Assembly: GCA_023399375.1 (NCBI GenBank)
Contig: JAEWPX010000048.1
Coordinates: 25,319-89,318 of the forward strand
Origin: Pseudomonadota bacterium
GTDB lineage: Bacteria; Desulfobacterota; Desulfovibrionia; Desulfovibrionales; Desulfovibrionaceae
Direction of reading: 5' to 3'
DNA: 64,000 nt
Of the stretch, positions 19,531 through 27,563 are shown one piece after another; position 1 is the first letter of the stretch, and each line of letters opens with the position of its first letter. Below the pieces are notes generated by a model, which saw only the letters and a list, made by a program, of their open reading frames with translations, was not told the DNA's origin and made no database searches. The position numbers and the translations under genes were made by a program.

Positions 19531-19901
19531 GGCTTTTCCGCGTAGCTCGCGGCCAAGCCCTCGCTCTCGACCACGGTGACCTTGGCCACGCGCACGCGGC
19601 CGTCTTCCAGACGCTCGCGCAACTGGCCGAAGATCCAGGCCGCGATGACCTCGGCCGTGGGTGGCGAAAGCTCGGGGATGTCGTTGAGGCAGGCGTGGTC
19701 CAGTCGGGCGAAGCAGGCGTCGAGGGCGGCGCGCACGTCCATGAAATCGGCGACCATGCCGGAGACGAGGGTTTCCGCGGCCAGCTTGGCCGTGACCTCG
19801 AAGTTGTGGCCGTGCATGGACGCGCACGGCCCGGGATGGCCGGGCAGGCGATGGGCGGCGCTGAAGGCGCCGGAGACTTTTATGATATAGGTAGCGGCCA
19901 T
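19527..19901 (-). CDS. queD: 6-carboxy-5,6,7,8-tetrahydropterin synthase QueD
   Basis: 'FSAAHRLPGHPGPCASMHGHNFEV' is the PTPS-family His/Cys motif. ATG 19901 is preceded by GGAGGG. Confidence 0.9.
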   Translation of the reverse strand: MAATYIIKVSGAFSAAHRLPGHPGPCASMHGHNFEVTAKLAAETLVSGMVADFMDVRAALDACFARLDHACLNDIPELSPPTAEVIAAWIFGQLRERLEDGRVRVAKVTVVESEGLAASYAEKP

Positions 19902-20020
19902 GCGGCCCTCCGCGTCGTTGCAGATCCGGGGCGGTCGTCGTAGGAAAGGCACCCTCCCCGGCGCGTCGCCGGGGGCGCAAAGACAATCACGGCCTCGTGC
20001 GGCCGTCAAGGAGAACGTCC

Positions 20021-20458
20021 ATGCCCGAAAAAACCAACCCGACCGCGCCCAAAGACGATGTTAGCACCTTGAAAACCCTCGGGCAGGGGGCCACGGCCTA
20101 CCCGCGCACGGTGACGCCGAGCCTGCTCGAGACCTTCCCCAACGCCTTTCCCGGCCGGCGCTACACCGTGACCTTTCAAAGCGACGAATTCACGAGCCTT
20201 TGCCCCAAGACCGGCCAGCCCGACTTCGGCGTCATCACCATCCGCTACGTGCCGGATGCGCGCTGCATCGAGTCGAAGTCCTTAAAGCTCTACCTCTTCA
20301 GCTACCGCGACGAGGGCACGTTCATGGAAACGCTCACCAACCGCATCCTCGACGACCTCGTGGCCGCCTGCGCGCCCCTGGAGATGGAGGTCACGGGCGA
20401 TTTCGCGGCGCGCGGCGGCATCACGATCGCGGTTTCGGCGCGCTACGAGCGGTCGTAA
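20021..20458 (+). CDS. queF: NADPH-dependent 7-cyano-7-deazaguanine reductase QueF (single-domain type)
   Basis: 'EFTSLCPKTGQPDF' catalytic Cys region and 'ESKSLKLYLFSYR' QueF motif. AAGGAGA precedes ATG 20021. Confidence 0.92.
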   Translation: MPEKTNPTAPKDDVSTLKTLGQGATAYPRTVTPSLLETFPNAFPGRRYTVTFQSDEFTSLCPKTGQPDFGVITIRYVPDARCIESKSLKLYLFSYRDEGTFMETLTNRILDDLVAACAPLEMEVTGDFAARGGITIAVSARYERS

Positions 20459-21344
20459 GCCCCGCAAGCCACGGGCCGACGACGATACGGCCGCTTGGCG
20501 GCGTCTTCTGCGGCGGCGGCTGGGGCTTTTGCCAGTCGCGCACGAACCATGCCCCCCACAAGAGCACCCAGGCGTTGTAATCGAGCCAGAGCAGAAACAG
20601 GATCGCGCCGCTGAGCTTCCCGTAGACCAGATGGTAGCGCGGCAAGCCGGCGACCATGGCGGTGAAGGCCGCGCTGACGCAAAAGACCGCCCCGGCGAGC
20701 ACGGCGGCAAGCGCACACAGGAGCTTCAGCGGACGCCTGGGCAGAAAGAGCAGATAGACCACCAGAAAAAGCCCGGTCAGGCAGGCCACACCCCACAGCG
20801 GCGAAAGCCGGCGCGCCAGGCTGGCGACCGGCTCCAGGCGGGGCAAATGCGCGCAGTAGAGCGCCCCGGCCATGGCCGCGACGAAGAGCGCGCCCACAAG
20901 CGGCCCCTTGAGCACGGCGAACATTCGCCGCCGCAGCGGACGCGCCCCCGGCCGCTCCTCGCGCCAGGGCAGGACCAGGGCCCGGCCGAGCGCCCCCACG
21001 AACAGCCACGACGACCAAAGGATAAACGCCACGCTGGTCCAGCTGAGACCCGGCGACGCCCACAAGAGCTTCCTGGCGCGCGTGACCAGAATCTCGTCCA
21101 CGAACGGGGCGAGCAATGCCATCTGCCGCCGCAGCAGCACCTGCGCGCTCCAGTTCTCCCCGGCGATCAGGCCGTAGCCCACGAGCATGACGAAAAAAAG
21201 CGGAATGCAGGAGAGCATGGCGTAAAACGCCAGTGCGGCGGCTTGCGCCGGGCCGCTTGCGCGCAGAAATCCCGACGTCGCCCTAGCCGCGGTTTCGAGC
21301 ACGGCGCGAAGGCGCGGCCCCGGTGTCAAGGAAACGATCCTCAC
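20421..21344 (-). CDS. YihY/BrkB family inner-membrane protein
   Basis: 'AAALAFYAMLSCIPLFFVML' family signature and about six TM helices. GTG start. The 3' end overlaps the queF 3' end by 38 nt (convergent). Confidence 0.8.
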   Translation of the reverse strand: MRIVSLTPGPRLRAVLETAARATSGFLRASGPAQAAALAFYAMLSCIPLFFVMLVGYGLIAGENWSAQVLLRRQMALLAPFVDEILVTRARKLLWASPGLSWTSVAFILWSSWLFVGALGRALVLPWREERPGARPLRRRMFAVLKGPLVGALFVAAMAGALYCAHLPRLEPVASLARRLSPLWGVACLTGLFLVVYLLFLPRRPLKLLCALAAVLAGAVFCVSAAFTAMVAGLPRYHLVYGKLSGAILFLLWLDYNAWVLLWGAWFVRDWQKPQPPPQKTPPSGRIVVGPWLAGLTTARSAPKPRS

Positions 21345-21513
21345 GGCCGGGCCGCCGCTTTTTGCAACCGCTGCGCCGCGTCGCGCGACACAAGCATGGA
21401 GAGATGTTTTTTCATGGTCGGCCCCTTTGCGCTACCGGCTTCGGGGGAAACCGGCAAGGCCTTCCGTGGAACGAAACATGCATGAATGCGGGAGAACACA
21501 GGGAGGAAGACGC

Positions 21514-21687
21514 ATGTTCGCACAGAGCATCCAATTGGAATCCATCAGTTTTTTCGAGCCGACCGCCGGCGTGTGGCGCGAGGAGGCCGTCAAGGACCCG
21601 GCAGGAAGCGACGCCGCCTCCCCTGCCCTTGCGCACTGCGACGACGACGAGGATTTCGAGGCTTTCTGCCGCCGCTCGCTGCTGTGA
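21514..21687 (+). CDS. small acidic hypothetical protein (57 aa, two Cys)
   Basis: GGGAGGAAG sits 4 nt upstream of ATG 21514. No recognisable family. Confidence 0.4.
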   Translation: MFAQSIQLESISFFEPTAGVWREEAVKDPAGSDAASPALAHCDDDEDFEAFCRRSLL

Positions 21688-21807
21688 TCCCGCCCGGCGG
21701 GACGGCCTGCGATATCCCTGGCGGCAACGCCGCATCCGGGGTATGTCGCGGCCTGGGGCTTGCCGTGCAACCACGGGAAGCATCCGACGTCGCCACCGGA
21801 GGTTGTC

Positions 21808-21996
21808 ATGAAACAGGCGCTTTGCGTGCTCGCCTTGCTCGTTTTTGCCGCCACGGCCATGGGCTGTCCGCCGCACCGCCGCCATGGCCCGCCGCCTCCG
21901 CCGCCACCCGGCGCGGTGGCCCCGCATCCCGGGCCCGGGCCGGGCCATCCCGTCCCCGCGCCCGCGCACCCGACGCCGCCGGTCACACCGTACTGA
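21808..21996 (+). CDS. small Pro/His-rich putative lipoprotein (62 aa)
   Basis: GGAGG sits 5 nt upstream of ATG 21808. Signal peptide 'MKQALCVLALLVFAATAMG|C' with a lipobox-like Cys. The mature part is about 50 percent Pro with HxxH/HP repeats. Confidence 0.5.
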   Translation: MKQALCVLALLVFAATAMGCPPHRRHGPPPPPPPGAVAPHPGPGPGHPVPAPAHPTPPVTPY

Positions 21997-22068
21997 CGCC
22001 AAGATAGCAATACCGGCCGGGCGACCGACCGTTGCCGCTTCCGGCGGGCGAGCGTCCCCCCTTTGCCT

Positions 22069-23121
22069 TTATTCCCCGAAGCGCGGCAGCGCCGGTTCTC
22101 GCTCGCGCACCAGCCGGCCGGCAAGTTCCGCACAGTAGCCGCAGGTCCGGCAGTCGTGGCGGCAGCCGTCCATGCGCGTGAAAAAATCCTCGGGCAAGGC
22201 GTCGTTCGGTATTTCCAGCCGGCCGGACAAGATTTCCTGGGTATCGAGCAGCCAGGCCAGGTTGCCGTGAAATGCGCCGGAGAAGTACGCCCGCACGATG
22301 GCCGTCAGGTCCGCGGCCGGGCGCGTGCGGCCACAGATTTTCAGGAAATCGACAATCCCCTCCAGATGGTGCGCGTCCTCGGGCCGCACGAAAGGCGAGG
22401 CGAGCATCCTGCCGGGATGGTCGTAAAACGCACGCAGGCAGCCGAGTTCCCGATTCATGTCCGGCCCGAGCGGGCAGGAAGCCAGGCGCGAAAGCGCGAT
22501 GTGCGCGTCGTGGGCGGTCTTGAACGGACAGGCATAGAGGCAGCCTTCGTTGGTCATGAGCCCCAGGCGCAGGCCGGGAAACGCCTGCCGCGCCCGGGAC
22601 GCGAGCGCAGCCAGCCGCACCGTGTCGCGGTTGCAGTCGCGGTCGAGGATGAGCGCCTGCGGGAATTTGAAATGCGTGTCCGCCACGGCCTCCAGCACGG
22701 CGGCCAGTCGTTCGAAGCTGTCCAGGCGGAAATTGATGCTCGGCACGGCGCAAAGCGCGCCGGCAACCTCGGGCGAAGCGTCGGAGAGGGCCGTGAGCAG
22801 GTAGTGGTCGGCGTAGACGATGCCGCTGATGGCCCCGGCCGCGAGATAGCCTTCGAGCAGCATGACGATGTCGCGCAAGGCGTCGCCGCAGTAGGTTTCC
22901 GGCGCGTGGAACGCTGCGTTCAAAAGCCCCAGGCGCGGCACGTCGGGCATGGTGCGCAGCCCCACGGCCAGGTCGTCCGGCGAGGCGTCGCCGGCGTCCG
23001 GCAGCCGGGCGTCCGGGGTATCCGGCCCCAGGCGGAAATAGACCGCCTCGAGCGCAGGGGCGTTGTCGGCGAGAAACGCGGCATAGGCCGCATCGGGCAC
23101 AAAAGGGACCTCGTAACGCAT
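22069..23121 (-). CDS. peptidase-U32-family-like protein (putative Fe-S enzyme)
   Basis: By-eye similarity to YhbU/UbiU-type U32 proteins: 'LEAVYFRL', 'GIVYADHYLL', 'NEGCLYACPFK', 'LKICGRTRP'. Extra C-terminal Cys cluster 'CRHDCRTCGYC'. Confidence 0.5.
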   Translation of the reverse strand: MRYEVPFVPDAAYAAFLADNAPALEAVYFRLGPDTPDARLPDAGDASPDDLAVGLRTMPDVPRLGLLNAAFHAPETYCGDALRDIVMLLEGYLAAGAISGIVYADHYLLTALSDASPEVAGALCAVPSINFRLDSFERLAAVLEAVADTHFKFPQALILDRDCNRDTVRLAALASRARQAFPGLRLGLMTNEGCLYACPFKTAHDAHIALSRLASCPLGPDMNRELGCLRAFYDHPGRMLASPFVRPEDAHHLEGIVDFLKICGRTRPAADLTAIVRAYFSGAFHGNLAWLLDTQEILSGRLEIPNDALPEDFFTRMDGCRHDCRTCGYCAELAGRLVREREPALPRFGE

Positions 23122-23180
23122 TGGGTCGCTCCTTGCCGCGCCTGCCGCCCCGCCCGGGCGCGCGGCCCATTTCGACTAAC

Positions 23181-23196
23181 GTGAACAGATGTTCAC
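23181..23196. promoter_or_regulatory. candidate LexA/SOS operator (GAAC-N4-GTTC palindrome) between the U32-like gene and uvrA
   Basis: Perfect 16-bp palindrome GTGAACAGATGTTCAC, 193 nt upstream of the uvrA ATG and 60 nt upstream of the divergent gene. Confidence 0.4.
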
Positions 23197-23388
23197 CGCA
23201 AGCCTTCCCTGGCCGACGAAAGCGGTTTTCTTCACAAATAGGTCGTGCGCCCGGGCTGGCAATGGGACATGACGGTCGCAGCGTATGTCGCTTTTGACGA
23301 CGATCCGGCGACATCGGACCCGCGCCCTTGCCTTTTGCGCGTTCGGGCTTATTTTGCGGGTTTGCCGCAACGACTTCTGGAGGCGTTC

Positions 23389-26154
23389 ATGTCCGAGGCT
23401 CCCCGCATCCGCATCGAAGGCGCACGCCAGCATAACCTCAAAAACCTCACCCTGGATATCCCCCGCGACAAGCTCGTGGTGGTGTGCGGCCCGTCGGGCT
23501 CGGGCAAGTCCACGCTGGCCTTCGACATCGTCTACGCCGAAGGGCAGCGGCGCTACGTGGAATCGCTGTCCGCCTACGCCCGGCAGTTCCTGCCGCAGAT
23601 GGACAAGCCGCAGGTGGACAAGATCGAGGGGCTGTCGCCGGCCATTTCGCTCGAGCAGCAGACCGCCACGCGCAACCCGCGTTCGACCGTGGGCACGGTG
23701 ACGGAAATCTACGACTTCCTGCGCGTGTTCTACGCCCGCCTGGGCAAGCCCCACTGCCCCAAGTGCGGCCAGCCCATCACGGCCCGGACCACGGACGAAA
23801 TCATCCACGACGTGCTGGCCTTTCCCGAAGGCGCGAAGCTCCTGCTGCTCGCGCCCCTGGTCGAACACCAGAAGGGCACCCATGCCGACCGGCTCAAGAA
23901 GCTCAAGAGCCAGGGGTTCGCGCGCGTGCGCGTAAACGGCGCGGTCACGAACCTGGAGCCCCTGCCGGAACTTGAAAAGAACAAGCGCCACAATATCGAC
24001 CTCGTGGTGGACCGGCTCGTGGTCAAGGACGGCATCCGCTCGCGCCTGTCCGACTCGGTGGAGCTCGCCCTGGCCCAGGGCGAGGGGCGGCTCATCGTCG
24101 CCGACCACGAGGGCAAGGCCACCGACCGCATCTTCTCCACGGCCTCTTCCTGCTCCACCTGCAAAATCAGCGTGCCCAAGCCCTCGCCGCAGCTTTTTTC
24201 CTTCAACAGCCCGCAAGGGGCCTGCCCGGCCTGCTCGGGCATCGGCGCGGTGGAATATTTCGAGCCGGCGCTGCTTGCGCCCAACAAGGGCCTGTCCTTG
24301 GCCGGGGGCGGCATCCTGCCCTGGAAGAGCGAACGGGCGCTGGCGCGCTACGCACGCCGCCTGGAGGACCTGGGCAAACGCCACGGCTTCACCCTGAAAA
24401 CGCCCCTGGGCGAGTTCTCCCCCGAGGCCTGGGCGGCGCTTTTCTTCGGCGACAAGGCGTTCGGCTGGGAAGGCGTGGTGCAGTTGCTCGAGCACGGCCA
24501 GTCCTTCGGCTCGGTCTGGCGCGACGAGCTGGCCCGCTACCGCCAGTCGCGGCCCTGCCCGGTCTGCATGGGCGCGCGCCTGCGGCCCGAGGCGCTGGCC
24601 GTAAAGGTCGCGGACGCCAACATCTTCGAGTTCTGCTCCATGCCCATCGACCGGGCCCTGGCCTGGATATCGGCGTTGGCCTTCGCCGGGGCCGAGGCGC
24701 TCATTGCCGAGCCGCTGCTCAAGGAGCTCATGCATCGCCTGAAGTTCCTCACGGGCGTCGGCCTCGACTACCTGTCGCTTTCGCGCAACATGGCCACCCT
24801 TTCCGGCGGCGAGGCCCAGCGCATCCGCCTCGCCGGCCAACTCGGCTCGGGGCTCGTCGGCGTCACCTACGTCCTCGACGAGCCGAGCATCGGCCTGCAC
24901 CCCCGCGACAACGACCGGCTCCTCGGCACGTTGCGCCAGTTGCAGGGCCGGGGCAACACCGTGCTCGTGGTGGAGCACGACGAAGCCACCATCCGACACG
25001 CGGACCACGTGGTCGAGCTCGGCCCGGGTTCGGGACGCCTCGGCGGCGAGATCGTCTACCAGGGCGACGTGGCCGGCATGCTCGCGGACAAGAAGTCGCT
25101 GACCGGCAAATACCTGCGCGGTGACGCCGCCTCGCCCATCCCGGAAACGCGCCGGCGGTCGGAAAAGTCCCTGGTGCTGCACGGCGTGACCACCAACAAC
25201 CTCAAAAACATCGATGCGGAAATTCCGCTGGGGTGCCTGGTCTGCGTCACGGGCGTGTCGGGTTCGGGCAAGAGCTCGCTGGTCATGGACACGCTCTACA
25301 AGCACCTCGCCCTGGCCAAGGGCCTCAAGGTGGACGCGCCGGGCATGATCGCGGGCATCGAGGGAGCGGAGCTCGTCGAAAAGATCGTGAGCATCGACCA
25401 GACGCCCATCGGGCGCACGCCGCGCTCCAATCCGGCCACCTACACCAAGGTGTTCGACGAAATCCGCGAGATTTTCGCCACCACGCCAGACGCCAAGCGG
25501 CGCGGCTTCAAGCCCGGCCGTTTCAGCTTCAACGTCAAGGGCGGGCGCTGCGAAGCCTGCGGCGGCGACGGCCAGATCCGCGTGGAGATGCACTTCCTGC
25601 CGGACATCTTCGTCACCTGCGAGGTCTGCGGCGGGCTGCGCTACAACCGCGAGACCCTGGACGTGCGCTACAAGGGGCTGACCATCGCCGAGGTGCTGGA
25701 CCTGACCGTGCGCCAGGCCAGAGGCTTTTTCGAGAACTATCCGGTGCTCGACCGCAGGCTCGCGGTGCTCGAGGAAGTGGGGCTCGAATACCTGCACCTG
25801 GGCCAGCCGGCGACGACCCTTTCCGGCGGCGAGGCCCAGCGCATCAAGATCTCGCGCGAGCTCGGCAAGCGCAGCCTGCCCGGCGCGCTCTACATCCTGG
25901 ACGAGCCGACCACGGGGCTGCACATGCAGGAGGTGGGCAAGCTCATCACCGTGCTGCACAAGCTCGTGGACAAGGGCGCGAGCGTGGTGGTCATCGAGCA
26001 CAACACCGACGTGGTCGCGGCCTCGGACTACGTGATCGACCTCGGCCCCGGCGGCGGCGAGGCCGGCGGGCACATCGTCGCCAAGGGCACGCCCGAGGAG
26101 CTCAAGGCCAATCCCGATTCCGTCACGGGCCGCTTTCTCACCCTGCTCAAATAA
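23389..26154 (+). CDS. uvrA: excinuclease ABC subunit UvrA
   Basis: '[12 protein letters not shown]', two ABC modules ('[11 protein letters not shown]', '[10 protein letters not shown]', two 'LSGGEAQR' signatures) and zinc-finger Cys pairs. TGGAGG precedes ATG 23389. Confidence 0.97.
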   Translation: MSEAPRIRIEGARQHNLKNLTLDIPRDKLVVVCGPSGSGKSTLAFDIVYAEGQRRYVESLSAYARQFLPQMDKPQVDKIEGLSPAISLEQQTATRNPRSTVGTVTEIYDFLRVFYARLGKPHCPKCGQPITARTTDEIIHDVLAFPEGAKLLLLAPLVEHQKGTHADRLKKLKSQGFARVRVNGAVTNLEPLPELEKNKRHNIDLVVDRLVVKDGIRSRLSDSVELALAQGEGRLIVADHEGKATDRIFSTASSCSTCKISVPKPSPQLFSFNSPQGACPACSGIGAVEYFEPALLAPNKGLSLAGGGILPWKSERALARYARRLEDLGKRHGFTLKTPLGEFSPEAWAALFFGDKAFGWEGVVQLLEHGQSFGSVWRDELARYRQSRPCPVCMGARLRPEALAVKVADANIFEFCSMPIDRALAWISALAFAGAEALIAEPLLKELMHRLKFLTGVGLDYLSLSRNMATLSGGEAQRIRLAGQLGSGLVGVTYVLDEPSIGLHPRDNDRLLGTLRQLQGRGNTVLVVEHDEATIRHADHVVELGPGSGRLGGEIVYQGDVAGMLADKKSLTGKYLRGDAASPIPETRRRSEKSLVLHGVTTNNLKNIDAEIPLGCLVCVTGVSGSGKSSLVMDTLYKHLALAKGLKVDAPGMIAGIEGAELVEKIVSIDQTPIGRTPRSNPATYTKVFDEIREIFATTPDAKRRGFKPGRFSFNVKGGRCEACGGDGQIRVEMHFLPDIFVTCEVCGGLRYNRETLDVRYKGLTIAEVLDLTVRQARGFFENYPVLDRRLAVLEEVGLEYLHLGQPATTLSGGEAQRIKISRELGKRSLPGALYILDEPTTGLHMQEVGKLITVLHKLVDKGASVVVIEHNTDVVAASDYVIDLGPGGGEAGGHIVAKGTPEELKANPDSVTGRFLTLLK

Positions 26155-26203
26155 CGCTCCCAGCCCCTGCGCCACTGCCCGGACGCAGTCCTTCTCCCCC
26201 ATT

Positions 26204-26282
26204 GAGGAGGTCCAGGAGGGGGCACCCCCTCCTGGCCGCCGGAGGCACTCTTCCTTCCCTCCCCTCACTCCCCTCATCCACT
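26204..26282 (-). repeat. intergenic repeat element, copy 2
   Basis: GGTCCAGGAGGGGGCACCCCCTCCTGGCCGCCGGAGGCACTCTTCC plus a C/T-rich tail. It ends at the stop codon of the minus-strand ferredoxin gene. Confidence 0.8.
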
Positions 26283-27086
26283 CTACAAAAATATCTCCGA
26301 TTCGCGCCGTTCGCGGCAGTTGGCGGCGAGGCGCTGCGCCACCGCGAGCAGGGCCGGATGGGTCATGCGGCGCGCATGCGTGGGACAGGCCTTGACGCAG
26401 GCGCAGCAGCGGATGCAGGCGGAGGCGTCCGTGGTCACGACACCTTCCTCATCCAGGCGCACGGCCGCAACGGGGCAGAGATCCGTGCACAGGCCGCAGC
26501 CCTGGCAAAGCGCCGCATCGACCTGCGGCGAAACCCCGCCCGAAAGCCCGGCTTCGCGGTAGGGGCGATCGCCGGGAACGGCAAGGGGAGGACAGGCCGC
26601 CAGATCGGCCAGCCCCGCCAGTTTGGCCGCCACGGCCAGGCCGAATTCCCGCGCCGCGCGCAGGTCGTCGGCGTCCGGCCGGCCCGGGGCGATGGGCGTC
26701 GCCGCGGCGTTGAAGGAATGCTCGCCGATAAAGGCCCCGGCCGCCACCGGGACGAATCCGCGCTCCCTGGCCAGGTCGGACAGTTCGAGCAGCGCGTCTT
26801 CATAGGCCCTGTTGCCGTAGGCCACGACCAGGACCGCGGGGCCGCCCGCGCCCGTGACGCACCGCAGGCGGTCGACGGCCACGGCCGGCAGCCGGCCGGC
26901 GTAGACCGGCGCGGCGAGGACGGCCACGACGTCCCCGGGGATCGTCGCCGGCGCGACGCCGCCCGGTCCCGTCAGGTCGCAGACGTCGCCGCAGGGCAGG
27001 CCCAGGCCCGCGGCCACGGCCGAGACGATCCTGCGCGTCGTGCCTGTCGGCGAAAAAAAGACCAGTCGCGACGAAGCTTCCCGCAT
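26283..27086 (-). CDS. flavodoxin-like / 4Fe-4S dicluster ferredoxin fusion protein
   Basis: N-terminal 'VFFSPTGTTRRI' flavodoxin-like motif. C-terminal 'CQGCGLCTDLCP' and 'CIRCCACVKACP' ferredoxin motifs. Confidence 0.8.
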   Translation of the reverse strand: MREASSRLVFFSPTGTTRRIVSAVAAGLGLPCGDVCDLTGPGGVAPATIPGDVVAVLAAPVYAGRLPAVAVDRLRCVTGAGGPAVLVVAYGNRAYEDALLELSDLARERGFVPVAAGAFIGEHSFNAAATPIAPGRPDADDLRAAREFGLAVAAKLAGLADLAACPPLAVPGDRPYREAGLSGGVSPQVDAALCQGCGLCTDLCPVAAVRLDEEGVVTTDASACIRCCACVKACPTHARRMTHPALLAVAQRLAANCRERRESEIFL

Positions 27087-27129
27087 CGCGTCATCTCCCC
27101 GGGCAAGGCCGAAACGCCCGCCCTTCCGG

Positions 27130-27291
27130 TTACAGATCGTCGTCGCGGTCGTCCTTGCCGGTCATCCATTTGTCGATGGGATTGTCCCGGCCGGGGTGGC
27201 GATCCTTGTAGTTCTTGGCCCGCCGGTTGAAGTAGGCCAGGATGACGAAGCCGAAAACGATCAGGACGAGCAGAAACATCCCGTTGCTCAT
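27130..27291 (-). CDS. small membrane protein (53 aa)
   Basis: GGAGG precedes ATG 27291. One TM helix '[16 protein letters not shown]' followed by a charged tail. Confidence 0.5.
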   Translation of the reverse strand: MSNGMFLLVLIVFGFVILAYFNRRAKNYKDRHPGRDNPIDKWMTGKDDRDDDL

Positions 27292-27563
27292 ACGCGCCTC
27301 CGGGCTGTGCGGTCGGAGCGAGCCGCGTTGATTGTCGCACCATGGAGCGTCCGACGCCGTGGCGGCTTCGGACCTTGCAAAACCGTCATCCGTATTTTTC
27401 TCGATACGCCGCCCCCGCCGCCTTGTACAGTCCCCGCCGCCGCATCGCCGCGTCGCCGTTGCCGACCCGACACACATGCCCCGTACAGTCGCATCCTCGA
27501 ACGGCGGGGGGACCGGAAAAGCATCCCCCCCCTCCCGGCGCAACATCTTCCCTGGAGCCTCCC

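Noticed and set aside
23176-26277. 1033-aa ORF antisense to uvrA
   Set aside because: Its translation is Arg/Gly/Ala-rich with no motifs and it lies exactly opposite a textbook UvrA. This is the typical stop-codon-poor antisense frame of GC-rich DNA.
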